Shown: in pieces, positions 1 through 10,807 of the stretch | How the letters are laid out: each line of letters starts with the position of its first letter | Numbering within the stretch: the first letter of the stretch is position 1 | From: Octopus sinensis | Taxonomy: Eukaryota | Length of the DNA: 18,274 bases | Assembly: GCF_006345805.1 (NCBI RefSeq) | Contig: NW_021825020.1 | Span: 1-18,274, forward strand | Direction: 5' to 3' | Notes under the pieces: generated by a model | Database searches by the model: none | Told to the model about the DNA's origin: nothing | The model's input: only the letters and a program-made list of their open reading frames with translations | Position numbers and translations under genes: made by a program

Positions 1-18
1 ATATATATATATATATAT
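1..18. repeat. (TA)n microsatellite, running off the window edge
   Basis: (AT)9 seen directly; it abuts the 3' end of the minus-strand retroelement at 19-995. Confidence 0.9.
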
Positions 19-995
19 GGTGTATATCCTTCGGTTTTTAATTATTTGAATTCTTCCTCTGAGGAAGGAGCTGGTTTCTGATAAAGACACAAAAGCCCCA
101 TAAGTGAAATGTAGATAACAAAAATGAAAACCATATCACATTCTAAATGAAGAAAGTCTTGCATATTTTTGCTGTTCCGCTTACAGAATGTATTTGTAGT
201 GTGCGAATTGGTTGCTTTCTTTTTCTGAAAATCCAGACTTAACCAGATTGTCACTTAGGCATTTACTTACAGAACCAAATACACCAGATATTATTGGTAC
301 AAGCGTAAGTTTGTAATCTGGATATAGAAGTTGGAGATTTCGCAGCAATTCTTCATAGTTATCCTCTTTCTGATTTTCAAGTAGATATTCATATCTACGG
401 GATAGCTGACCTCTATGGCAATGCACACTTCTTCATATCTGTCCCAAGCAACAATATCTGGTGTGCTATGTTTACACTTGACAGATGTCTTGATGGAAAC
501 GCTCCACTAATATTCCTTGTTTTAATGTTTATGAATGTATTCAGTAAGAGAGGAATTCCCCATGCTAATTCCAGGGAAGTCATTTTTTTTCGAATGAAAT
601 TACATATTTTAACGACAGCGTTGTGTCGCACTGGGAGATGGCATTTTTGGGCAGTTGCTAATCAGATGTGTGATGTATTTCTCAGAAATATGACATAATC
701 AACACCATCGGTTGTATCTCGGTGCTCAAAGGTCTTTATCACAGCCTCTTTTGTTTATTTGGTATTTTGTAACAATCTCCCGTTCTTGGATTGCAAGTGC
801 ATGTAGCGGATTCCAAGTGTAATGTAGCGGTCACCGGTTTAAGTGAGGCTTCACTTCATGTCGATATTACTGCCTTCTTTAAGCCTTCGGGAAACATATC
901 CACGCATTGTCGTTTTACGGTATGTTGAGTATTTCACATCCAAGTCTTTTGAGGTATGTTACTCCGGCTGTTTTGGAGTTGCAATGGAGGTCATC
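19..995 (-). mobile_element. Decayed 3' part of an RLE-type non-LTR retrotransposon (R4/Dong-like), copy B: CCHC knuckle, PD-(D/E)xK endonuclease and 3' UTR
   Basis: Manual minus-strand translation across stops and frameshifts: AIQEREIVTKYQINKR..RWC*LCHISEKYITHLISNCPKM..RHNAVVK..EYIHKHKNKEY..TPDIV (448-462)..KEDNYEELLRNLQLLYPDYKLTLVPIISGVFG..LQIHSVSGTAKICKTFFI* (stop 143-145). About 120 nt of 3' UTR follows, then (TA)n. This motif order is established for RLE-clade LINEs. Confidence 0.85.
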
Positions 996-1018
996 AGAGA
1001 GAGAGAGAAGGAGAGACG

Positions 1019-1054
<36 letters not shown>

Positions 1055-1104
1055 GATGGTGGAACAGAGAGTAAAGAGAGAGAAAGAGAGAGAGAGAGAG
1101 AGAG
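996..1104. repeat. Interrupted (GA)n microsatellite
   Basis: Seen directly; it separates retroelement copies A and B. Confidence 0.95.
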
Positions 1105-1259
1105 TACTTCCGTCGAGCTCACTGTCGATACAAGGGATGTTTTCTTCGCTTTTCAATTATCTTTATGTATTTATTTTTTGCTGTTGTTTAACAAATGTTG
1201 TTTGAAACAGACGCTACGACATTCGAAGTGAGTCTGCGCTGGTCTCAGACCTTTACCTC

Positions 1260-3660
1260 ACTTTTGTTGGGGTGTTCCATCAGTATTCCTTGTTTCTAAA
1301 GGTGTGAATATCTGGTGGTTCTGACATGTCCTTGATGTGTACAACAGGACAATCCTTCCTGCGGACACTACTGTGTATAGTCTTTGCAACTATATCATGC
1401 CTCAGGGACAGGTAGTATCTCGTAGACATTTTGGAGCAGCTGATGATGATGTGTGTGATATCTTTCACACTGGCGTAGCAGAATCGACATTTTTTATCGC
1501 AATGTGGAGGTTTGGTAGTATCTTTGTCCCTCTTATTTGACAGGTATTTAATAGCTATCTCCTCTTCCTGGATAACGAATGCATATACTTCTAAGTGAAG
1601 TGTAATGTATCTATGGCAGGTTCAGGAGGGGCTACTCTTCCTGTTAATACTGTTGTTATCTTATAGTTTTCAGGATATGTACCCATGCAATTCTTCTCCA
1701 AACATCTATTTAGGTAGGTCCGTCAGCTTCCTTTGGGTCACATGAGACAATTGTATTCTCAAAAATCCTGCTCAGTAGTTCTTCTCCAACTCTGAAGATT
1801 TTGTTGCTCTCACTCTTGAGTATGCATTTAATGTGCTCGTTTCTTTCTTTATTGCGTTGTCTGAGTGAAATACAATGCGATGTTCAAAGGCCTTTTGGAC
1901 TGACCTTACGTCTGTACCGCCATCACTTCGTCTCACATAGATCCTATCGGTGTTAATATAGCTGTGGAAGTTGTCAGTAGTGGCCAGTTCCTTTCTAGCT
2001 TTGATGTCCTAGCTGCGGAGAGGTCAGGTGTCCAGTCCTATATCCCAAATGCTGGTACTATCACTGGCACTACAAAAGCATTGTGAGAAATGGTCAAGTT
2101 AAATGGAGAGAGCTCTGAGTTCCATATTTTCTGGAATCTACAGAAGTACTCTTTTGTTATTCTGGTTTGAGTCACAGCACGAATATATGCAACATTCTCA
2201 TCAATTCTGGAGTACTTGTAGCTTTCATTATTAGAGAAAAGAGAGATAGACCAGCCGTTCATGTTCATGTTCTCAACAATCTTTTCTCAGTTAACTGACA
2301 TGTATGAGCATTTATCTTGACCAATCTCCATTCTTATACCTCATGAGAATGTTGTGACTAGTTCTGATTGTCTCCCGGTGTTGGTCATATTCCCAGAATA
2401 AAACTCTAGGTTATCAACTAAAAATGTGTGGCTGACATTAATTTTTTCTTTTCTGCGCATCCCAGCATGAAGCCTTAGCATTTAGTTAACAGGGTTGACA
2501 AATAATCCACAACCAGTACAAACAGCATTTCATATAGATTATTACCCTGGAATATGTCTGTTGATAGCTTAATTCTGTTAGTAGCAATAGGTGTTTCTTT
2601 AGTAGTTGTCAGTGATAACTGTGTGGACCATGTTACAGTCAGTCTCTCAATGGCATTTACTTTAGAAGCTGGTACTTTGGCAAAGTGTAATGATTCTATC
2701 ACCCATGAGTGAGGTACAGAGTCGAACGCCTTCTTGTAGTTTAGCCATATCGTCAGGAGATTACAGCGATGTTGCTTAGCTTCCTTAAGAATAGCTTTGT
2801 TGAGGAGGAGGAGGAGGAGCTGTACAGCACAGCTCCAGACTCCTTTCCTTTTTCTACCTGTTTATTGTCACATCGTTTGTTTGGCAGTTGTCTTGGAGAA
2901 ACACATTCAAACAACCTGTATACAGTTTGTACACTACATTCAAGCATGCAAAGGGCCTGAAGTTTTTTCTTTTAACACGTAACTTTCCTTGTTCTTGGAA
3001 ATAAATGTAGTCCGTGCAACCGTCAACCAATCTAATATATCTTGCTCGGCGTCCATTGTCTTTTTTAAAACAAGGTCATGAGAATTTCCATGTAGAACAT
3101 ATAGTTTTTGTATCAATAGTTGAATATCCATTCGGTAGTTTCATAATAACCGTCAGAAGTCTTCCACTGGTGAAGTTATATGTCTTGAGAATGACCTTTG
3201 CACAATACTCACTTCGTAGTTCATTTAACCATGCTGCATTGCGGTTATATTCTTTGTTTATATTCCAAATACCCCGCCAGAATCACTTTAGGTCTTTCTG
3301 TGAAGGATCATTTACTACCTTGATGGTATCACCTTTCATGTTGTGATATACAGTTTGTGGGTTTCGGGCAAACATGCACATTATCGTTTTACGTTCAATT
3401 AATATTTACGATAACAAAGTTTTTTAGTTACCTCTCGTTGATTTTATTTAAGGGCGACCAATTTGCTTGAAAATATTTCTTGGTGGCAATTCCCATACAA
3501 TTTGAAGGATCTATTATGCAGCTGTAGCTAGTGGTTCATTGGTTCATGAATTAAATTTTAATTTTGTATTTGATGATAGTGTCCAACTCTCCAATCTTTC
3601 TCCTGAGTCCATTGACGTTGTTTTGGAGATGGTTAATTCATTGTGGCTGAATTGGTCTCT
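1260..3660 (-). mobile_element. Decayed RLE-type non-LTR retrotransposon (R4/Dong-like), copy A: RT domain, CCHC knuckle and start of the endonuclease, 3'-truncated
   Basis: Minus-strand translation: FWRGIWNINKEYNRNAAWL..WLTVARTTFISKNK..NFRPFACLNVVYKLYTGCL..GVWSCAVQLLLLLLNKAILKEAK..WLNYKKAFDSVPHSW (YKKAFDSVPHSW 2703-2738)..IFQG (2544-2555)..SHTFLVDN (decayed xADD motif, 2410-2424)..GIRMEIGQDKC..DRIYVRRSDGG..CRFC (1478-1489)..DITHIIISC..YYLSLRHDIVAK..EY*WNTPTK. Many stops and frameshifts. The upstream boundary is approximate. Confidence 0.92.
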
Positions 3661-4019
3661 TTTACTTTCATCTGTTATCGTACAATTAATCAGGACAATA
3701 TAATAGGACACTCAATGACCAAAAAATGAGAGTTTAAATTTGAGCTAGTTGCTCTCACGCAATTTTGTCGTTCGCAGATAACATCAAGTCGTTGTATTTT
3801 CTCTCAATTTGTGGCGGGATCGTTCTTTCATGCAGCGTCTCATATATAGTGAAGTTATATGTGCGTCTGTGTGTGTTTGTGTGAGTGTGGGAGACATATA
3901 TGAGGGGGGGTATGCATGTATATCTTCATGAAAAGTTGTCTTAACCTTGATCAGTTTACGGAACTGATACAAGCGGATGTGAGCTTTAAAATATAAATCT
4001 CGAATTATAAGTTGCCTCG

Positions 4020-4297
4020 GAAAATTCGTCAAAACTTTGAAGTTTGGCGAAATTCGGGAAGTTTTCAAGTATGGAGATGAAAGTGTTTTTCCAAATTGTG
4101 AATAACTGTTCGGTTAATGGCCTCTGTTTCAATTTCAGTTGCCAGCAGTGAGAGTTTTTTCAACAGCTTGGAAACTCCATTTTACTATATCACTCCATTT
4201 TAATATACTACTCTACTTTGATCGGGGGGAAACTAAAAACAAATTTGATGGTATTATTGTGTTTTCATTGTCGAAATTAAGAAAAGAAAAGATTTAA
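4020..4297 (+). mobile_element. Relic of a hAT transposase C-terminal dimerisation domain
   Basis: Restoring one base near 4101 gives ESVFPNCE(I)TVRLMASVSISVASSESFFNSL, matching the hATC pattern FPN..I.LR....P.SVAS.ERSFS.L. Downstream FDGIIVFSLSKLRKEKI* resembles the usual hAT terminus. No TIR seen. Confidence 0.6.
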
Positions 4298-4382
4298 AAT
4301 AAATCTCGAATTAAAAGTAGCCAAAATAAAAATGAAAAATAGCTGTGTAAGGATGTAATTAGAATGATTTCATTTTCATAAT

Positions 4383-4809
4383 ATTTATCTTTTCTTCTTT
4401 TATCTATTATATACTTGTTTCAGTCATTAAACTGCGGCCATGCTAGAGCACCGCCTTGAAGGGTTTACTCGAGCAAATCGACCCTAGTTCTAATTTTATT
4501 TAAAGGCTGGTATTTATTCTATTGATATCTACTGCCGAACCACTAAGTTACAAGGACGTAAACAAACCAACACCGATTGTCAGGCGGTAACGGGAAATAC
4601 AAAGACATACACACACTCACACACACAAAGATACACCCAAACACAGACACACAATCACACACACATATATACGACGGCCTTCTTTCAGTTTCTGTCATTC
4701 AAATCCATTGACGAAGCTTTAGTCGGCCCAAGGCTGTAGTAGAAGACACTTGCGCAAGGTGCCACGCAGTGGGACTGAACCCAGAACCATGTGGCTGAGA
4801 AGCAAACTT
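4383..4809 (-). mobile_element. tRNA-derived SINE, family B (Octopus OR/OK-type; exact family unassigned), with the 5' end of the head missing
   Basis: Pol III B-box GGTTCAGTCCC on the minus strand (4771-4781). Internal (CA)n tract at about 4605-4670 and a simple-repeat tail at 4383-4410. The body matches my recollection of an abundant Octopus SINE (not database-verified). Confidence 0.8.
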
Positions 4810-5300
4810 AAATTTCTTTTACTTATAAATGTATTAATAATTGTTTTATTTATATTTCATGTTCAATTGTCATAAAATAAACTCTCACTTAAAAAGTATG
4901 AGTTATTCCTAGAAAGTTTGAATGCCACAGCAGAATTTAAAGAATACTGGCTTTATGAACGCCGAATATTGATGTACATAAGACCACTAGGTTTATCTGT
5001 GTGTACACAGCGCTGGATGGTGTACATAGATATAAATACAAAGATATATTTGAATAGTTGCATGAACCTCAAACACGCTGTATTTCCTGATTACTCAGCA
5101 CAATATTACCAGAATTTAATTTCAAACATTTACCTTAAAGCAATATAAATCAAATCTTAAGTATTATCGACATTAAATTTGAGTGCTTTTTATGGTTCAA
5201 TTTATTTTATATGAAAATTACATTTACTTCTTTATCACAATACTTCAAGTAAGCAAGAACACTATTCTCTTTCACTCGTCTCTCATAGACACACACATTT

Positions 5301-5307
5301 ATATATA

Positions 5308-5372
<65 letters not shown>

Positions 5373-5392
5373 TGTGTGTGTGTGTGTGTGTA
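5301..5392. repeat. (TA)n(TG)n microsatellite
   Basis: Seen directly. Confidence 0.95.
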
Positions 5393-5974
5393 GACAGAAA
5401 TAAATATATAGATTAACAGACAGACACTCATATATAGATACTCTATGCCTGTTTAACTCATTAGTCAAATACAATTATACCAGTATGTCTAAACATACAT
5501 ATGTGTACGAAAGTAAACTATGATAAGTACTTATAGCCATATACCTTATAGTATATTCCTTCAGGTATTTGCTCTAAATATGTTCAAATATATGCATACT
5601 TAAGTTGTATATACCCTATTTTGACACATAAATATATGATGATGTATACATACATACATTTGTGCATAAATACATAAAATAAACTGTCATGGATGCCAGA
5701 TGCTTCTTTGACGTGAATGTGGTGAGGAAAATGTCGGAGCAAAACAATAGCATAATGGACCATTGGTGGGTTTTATACCTATCGTTATTGGATCAACGAC
5801 GTACGTACAAATGCACCTCGATCACTACTATTGCTGAAGTTGGAGTCATCTTTTCAGCGGTGAGGTGAGTTAGAACCCATGAATCGTTATAAAGGCCTCG
5901 TGAGTGGTAGGAGGAGGGAGAAGAGAGTGCGAAGTGTTGCCATTCAGTCCCACGTTTTAACAGTTCCACCTCGA

Positions 5975-6110
5975 ATGGATACATTTTGATCCCTTGGAGG
6001 ACTGGAGGACAAAGTTGATCTCAGCAGTGTTTGAAGTCTGGGCGCATTCAGTCGGAACAAATTAAGTGAAGAAATTATGCGAAGGTTTTTGATGGTCCCT
6101 TCTAATGCAT
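5975..6110 (-). mobile_element. Highly degenerate copy of SINE family A
   Basis: ttgatcccttggaggactggaggacaaagttgatctcagcagtgtttgaag aligns loosely with atcgatccaagaaggatgaaaggcaaagtcgacctcggtggaatttgaac of the copy at 10808-10958. Confidence 0.5.
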
Positions 6111-6282
6111 CACCTACAGAAATAACGAAACCTTTTGAACTCATACTCTACAAACGTACGGCAGAGTTCTGCAAGATCTTGAATTTTACATATAAATAAT
6201 TGGGCAAAAGTTGACGAAAGAAGTCGTTTTATAATAGGCGTCTATTATAAGATTTAAAATTCAAGTCAGCGAGAGAAGAATG

Positions 6283-7165
6283 TACATACATACATAACAT
6301 ACATACACACATACATACACACATACATACATACATACAACATACATAATACATACATACATACATACATACATACATACATACATACATACATACATAC
6401 ATGCACACACACATACATACATACATACATACATACATACATACTTACATACATACACACACACACATACATACATACATACATACACACACATACATAC
6501 ATACATACATACATACACACACATACATACATACATAACACATACATACATACATACATACACACACATACATACATACACACACACATACATACATACA
6601 TACATACATACATACATACATACATTCATACATGCATCCATACATACATACACACACATACATACATACATACATACATACATACATACATACACACACA
6701 TACATACATACATACATACATACATACATACATACATACATACATACACACACACATACATACATACATTCATACATACATACATACATACATACACACA
6801 TACATACATGCATACACACATACGTACATACATACATAACACATACATACATAATACACACACATACATGCATACATACATACACACATACATACATGCA
6901 TACACACATACATACATACATACATAACACATACATACATACATACACACACACTACATACATACATACATACACACACATACATACATACATACATACA
7001 CACACACATACATACATACATACATTCATACATGCATCCATACAAAAATACATACATACATGCATGCTTACATGCATACATACATACATACATGTGTATA
7101 CATGTGTGTTTGTATACATGGGTATGTATGTATATCTATATTTATGCATATGTGTAGGTACATGG

Positions 7166-7213
<48 letters not shown>

Positions 7214-7400
7214 GTATGCATATAAGTGTATGTACTGATATGTGTGTATGTATATATGCATTGGTGTATGTATTTATGTATGCATGTGTGTATGTATATA
7301 TGTATGTATCTATGTGTGTGTATGTATACATGTATGTATATGGGTATATGCATGCATGTATGTATAGCTATGACCATGTATGCATGTGTGTATATATATA
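6283..7400. repeat. Large compound microsatellite: (CATA)n with CA interruptions (6283-7092), then mainly (TATG)n (7093-7400) with a (TA)(CA)(TA) insert
   Basis: Seen directly; it is the source of the MYVC/HTYI ORF artefacts. Confidence 0.97.
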
Positions 7401-7523
7401 TAAAGTATATATGTATGTGTTTTAACCTTACCTGTAAAATTATATACAGTTTGGAATTACCTTGTCCAATCTTTAATTTTATTACTACTGACGTGTGTGC
7501 GAATATATGTCCAGGTCTATATA

Positions 7524-7555
<32 letters not shown>

Positions 7556-7559
7556 ACAA

Positions 7560-7850
7560 AGTGGAGTTGTGGGGTACCGCGCGAGTGGAATTATATACGA
7601 AAGAAGGTTTGAAAATGCAATTTAAAAGATGTTTATTTACTTTACCGGTTTCACCCTTTGGAAAAAGATTGTCAAAAGTAACATGTAGAAGTTTGGTTGC
7701 GTTAATTATTGGTTGTTACAAATTGCTACATTGCATATATACAGTCTTTGGTAACAGGGACATGTTAAGGACATAAAAAAGTTCAACAAGTATATTCAAA
7801 CATGCACACAATATTGGTTGACACAATCCATATAAATATACATTCTTTGG
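7560..7850 (+). mobile_element. Possible very old 3' end of a CR1/L2-like LINE ORF
   Basis: Weak resemblance only: ..GKRL..IIGCYKLLHC..NIG*HNPYK..TFF against the CR1/L2 pattern LE.RR.R.DL..YK..G..TRGH..KL..FF. Confidence 0.25.
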
Positions 7851-7917
7851 TGACAAGAGCATGTTGTTTATGTTTGAATTCATAAAAGTTAACTGACTAT
7901 GTACATACGTACACTCG

Positions 7918-7919
7918 TA

Positions 7920-7954
<35 letters not shown>

Positions 7955-8015
7955 ATGTCTATGCATATGTATGTATATACTTATATCTATAATTACTATG
8001 TTGTTGTTGTTGTTG

Positions 8016-8104
<89 letters not shown>

Positions 8105-8124
8105 TATATATATATTATTATTAT
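7918..8124. repeat. Compound (TG)n(TATG)n, (GTT)n and long (ATT)n tract
   Basis: Seen directly. The (ATT)n at 8018-8124 reads (AAT)n on the minus strand and forms the tail of the adjacent element. Confidence 0.95.
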
Positions 8125-8616
8125 TGAGTGAGAGAGCAGTGCATGCCATCAAAGTGACACTGGGGTAAAATATACGAAGCCCAGTATACCCATCATGACT
8201 ACTCTTCTGATAAGGGTACACTAGGTACATGCATCACAACCATATGTGCGCGACATGGTGATCTCATATCAAGATAAACAGCACATGACCTTGCAGGTGG
8301 GGCCCAGTTAGAATTTTCTTCAGATCGAGTAACCCATCCCGCTCAAAACGTCCCTGAATAATGGTTGTTTAAGGATGTTGAGCAATACACCCTTGTTTCC
8401 AGAGGTGAATTATTCAAACCCCAAAGAATCCCTCTCAACACATGGCTATGATGCTCCCCCACTACTTCTGCTCGTCAGCCACTAAGGGACATGGTCAACT
8501 AGTTACGGTCAAACAACTGACAAGCAAATCTGTGGTATTGAGCAGAATATTTGCTGTAGCCCATCTTTTATACCAAGACAAAACATATCCACTGCCTAGT
8601 ACTGCATCAGGACATT
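8124..8616 (-). mobile_element. Non-coding interspersed retroposon of about 490 bp with an (AAT)n tail
   Basis: Relatively GC-rich block ending on the minus strand in ..gcactgctctctcactc-(aat)n and flanked on both sides by (GTT)n. It matches my recollection of a common Octopus repeat. No ORF with recognisable motifs. Confidence 0.65.
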
Positions 8617-8621
8617 CACTA

Positions 8622-8656
8622 TTGTTGTTGCTGTTGTTGTTGTTGTTGTTGTTGTT
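8622..8656. repeat. (GTT)n microsatellite
   Basis: Seen directly. Confidence 0.9.
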
Positions 8657-8714
8657 TCTATATCGTCACCTGCTTAACTGATCAAGTGCTATAGTACTTG
8701 TTGAATGTCAAACA

Positions 8715-8900
8715 TTATAATATATATAAACAGATATGTATATGCATATTACATTATATATACGTGTGTGTTATATATATATACACACAAGCACACACAC
8801 ATATATATACCTATATATATATATATATATTATATATATATATATATATAATATATATATAAATACATGCATAATACATACGTACGTATGTATGTATGTA
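8715..8900. repeat. Degenerate (TA)n/(CA)n/(TATG)n compound repeat
   Basis: Seen directly. Confidence 0.85.
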
Positions 8901-9259
8901 AACAAAATATACCTTAAATGATCAATCACGAAAATATTAAAACCAAATTGAAATGAAAACACAACACTATTGCAATTACGTAATGAGTAAATATTAAGCG
9001 TTGAATTCATACTTCAAACGTAAGAAAAAGTAAAAAAAGGTATGAATATTTTTTTAAAAATACTTATCTACCAGGCCATCATGAAAGCTTATAATTAGAG
9101 CAACAAAAAAAATAAGTACATAAGTGTTTTACTTATTGAAGGATTGATTATCTTAATAAATTAATTTGATGTTTAAAATATTAAGTTAAGCCTTAATTAC
9201 ATTTTCCAGTTTGCATGACAAAAGACTTTATGCTACTTACGCACCCCAACAAATCATAT

Positions 9260-9264
<5 letters not shown>

Positions 9265-9315
<51 letters not shown>

Positions 9316-9603
9316 GTATGTGTGTGCGCCTGCTCGTGTGTGTGCGTGCACATGTATGTGCGCGTCTGAGAAAGAGCGAGTAAGAGAGAGTGTGGTAAAG
9401 AAGAGGGAAGAGAAGGAGAGAGAGAGCGACAAAAAGAGTGAAAGTATGTGTGTATATGAGAGATTACATTATAATTACTATTTTCAAAGTCTTTGTCTTT
9501 GTTTCCTAATATATTATATGGCTCAAAAGCCTTTGAAAGATCATTTGACAAGAATTAGGCTTTGTGAGCATGCTTGTGTGTGTGTTTGTGTGTGTGTGTG
9601 TTT

Positions 9604-9660
<57 letters not shown>

Positions 9661-9690
9661 GTGTGTGTGCGTGAGTGTGTGTATCAATAT
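9265..9690. repeat. (TC)n, degenerate GA/TG-rich and (TG)n microsatellite cluster
   Basis: Seen directly: (TC)n 9265-9310 and (TG)n about 9571-9680. Confidence 0.92.
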
Positions 9691-9782
9691 ATGCATATAT
9701 GTAAAATGAGATCAGAGACAGAAATTGGAGTTAACGAAATTCTTTATTTAAATCTATTTAAATTGTTTCGACTTATCCCCCC

Positions 9783-9858
9783 CTCTCTCTCTATTTATCT
9801 ATCTGTCTGTCTGTCTGACTGTCTGTCTGCCTGTCTGTCTGTCCATCCGTCTGTCTGT

Positions 9859-9913
<55 letters not shown>

Positions 9914-10004
9914 CTATCTATTTGTCTGTCTGTCTGTCTGTCTGTCTGCCTGTCTGTATGTCTGTCTGCCGGTCTGTATGTCTGTCTGCCGGCCTGCCTG
10001 TTTG

Positions 10005-10041
<37 letters not shown>

Positions 10042-10060
10042 TTATCTATCTATTTATTGA

Positions 10061-10093
<33 letters not shown>

Positions 10094-10150
10094 ATCTATT
10101 TATTGATTTCTCTCTCTCTCTCTCTATCTATCTATTAGCTGTCTGACTGT
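9783..10150. repeat. Alternating (TCTA)n/(TCTG)n blocks (GATA/GACA, Bkm-type) with (TC)n
   Basis: Seen directly. Confidence 0.93.
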
Positions 10151-10180
10151 CTACCTTCTTTATTTATCTAATAATAACTA

Positions 10181-10372
10181 TTTTTTATGTTGGCACAAAG
10201 CTTTAAATTTGTAGGAATAGGTTAGTGGATTAAATAGGCCCTGGTGCCTTTTTTTTATTGACCCCAGAACTTCGAATGGTAATGTTAGATTCGTCGGGAT
10301 TTGAATTCTGAAAGAACAGAACTGGAAGAAAATACAGCAGAGCATTTGTTACGATACTTTAACGATTCTGTA
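10181..10372 (-). mobile_element. Degenerate copy of SINE family A
   Basis: ggcacaaag..ttattgacccc..gggatttgaattc..agcattt..aacgattctg is colinear with the copies at 10570 and 10808. Confidence 0.6.
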
Positions 10373-10384
10373 ATCCAATTCTCT

Positions 10385-10444
<60 letters not shown>

Positions 10445-10519
10445 CAGGAGCAGCAGTAACGATAGCATTATAACTACTGCTACTGCTACCACTGCGACAA
10501 CAAATAATATAATAATATA

Positions 10520-10572
<53 letters not shown>
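10385..10572. repeat. (TAG)n followed by a degenerate spacer and (AAT)n
   Basis: Seen directly; the (AAT)n is the tail of the SINE at 10570-10788. Confidence 0.93.
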
Positions 10573-10788
10573 CCTTCCCCCTACAGGCACAAGGCCTAAA
10601 ACTTTGGAGGAGGTGGGGGCTAATCGATACATCGACCCCAGTATTCAGCTAGTACTTATTTAATCGACATCAAAATAATAAAAGTCAAAGTTGACCTCGG
10701 CGGAATTTGAAATGAGAAAGTAATGTCGGATGAAAATGCCGCTGAGCATTTTGTCCGGCGAGCTAACGATTCTGCTGGTTTTCTGCTT
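10570..10788 (-). mobile_element. tRNA-derived SINE, family A, near full length, with an (ATT)n tail on its sense strand
   Basis: The minus strand begins with a tRNA-like head (agcagaatcgttagctcgccggacaaaatgctcagcggc..B-box-like tttcaaattccgcc). Clearly homologous to the neighbouring copies. Confidence 0.85.
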
Positions 10789-10807
10789 GATCAATAATAA
10801 TAATATT

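Noticed and set aside
60-95. Hammerhead-like start CTGAGGA followed by a weak stem, antisense to the 3' UTR of copy B
   Set aside because: The required GAAA core and stems I and III are absent.
3014-3346. 110-aa plus-strand ORF, plus ORFs 468-698, 843-1205 and 1337-1540
   Set aside because: They are antisense shadows of the decayed retrotransposon frame or read through (GA)n.
3784-4068. 94-aa minus-strand ORF
   Set aside because: No recognisable motif; it includes CA-repeat-derived residues and is partly antisense to the hAT fragment.
4771-4809. tRNA-like sequence with a B-box (also at 10939-10951)
   Set aside because: These are SINE heads embedded in repeat bodies; there is no complete cloverleaf, so they are not tRNA genes.
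4918-5148. 76-aa plus-strand ORF in unique-looking DNA
   Set aside because: No homology recognised, non-ATG start and no convincing flanking splice sites.
7424-7465. Two minus-strand donor-like sites (CAG|GTAAGG and AAG|GTAATT)
   Set aside because: No matching upstream acceptor or open frame found; such sites are expected by chance.
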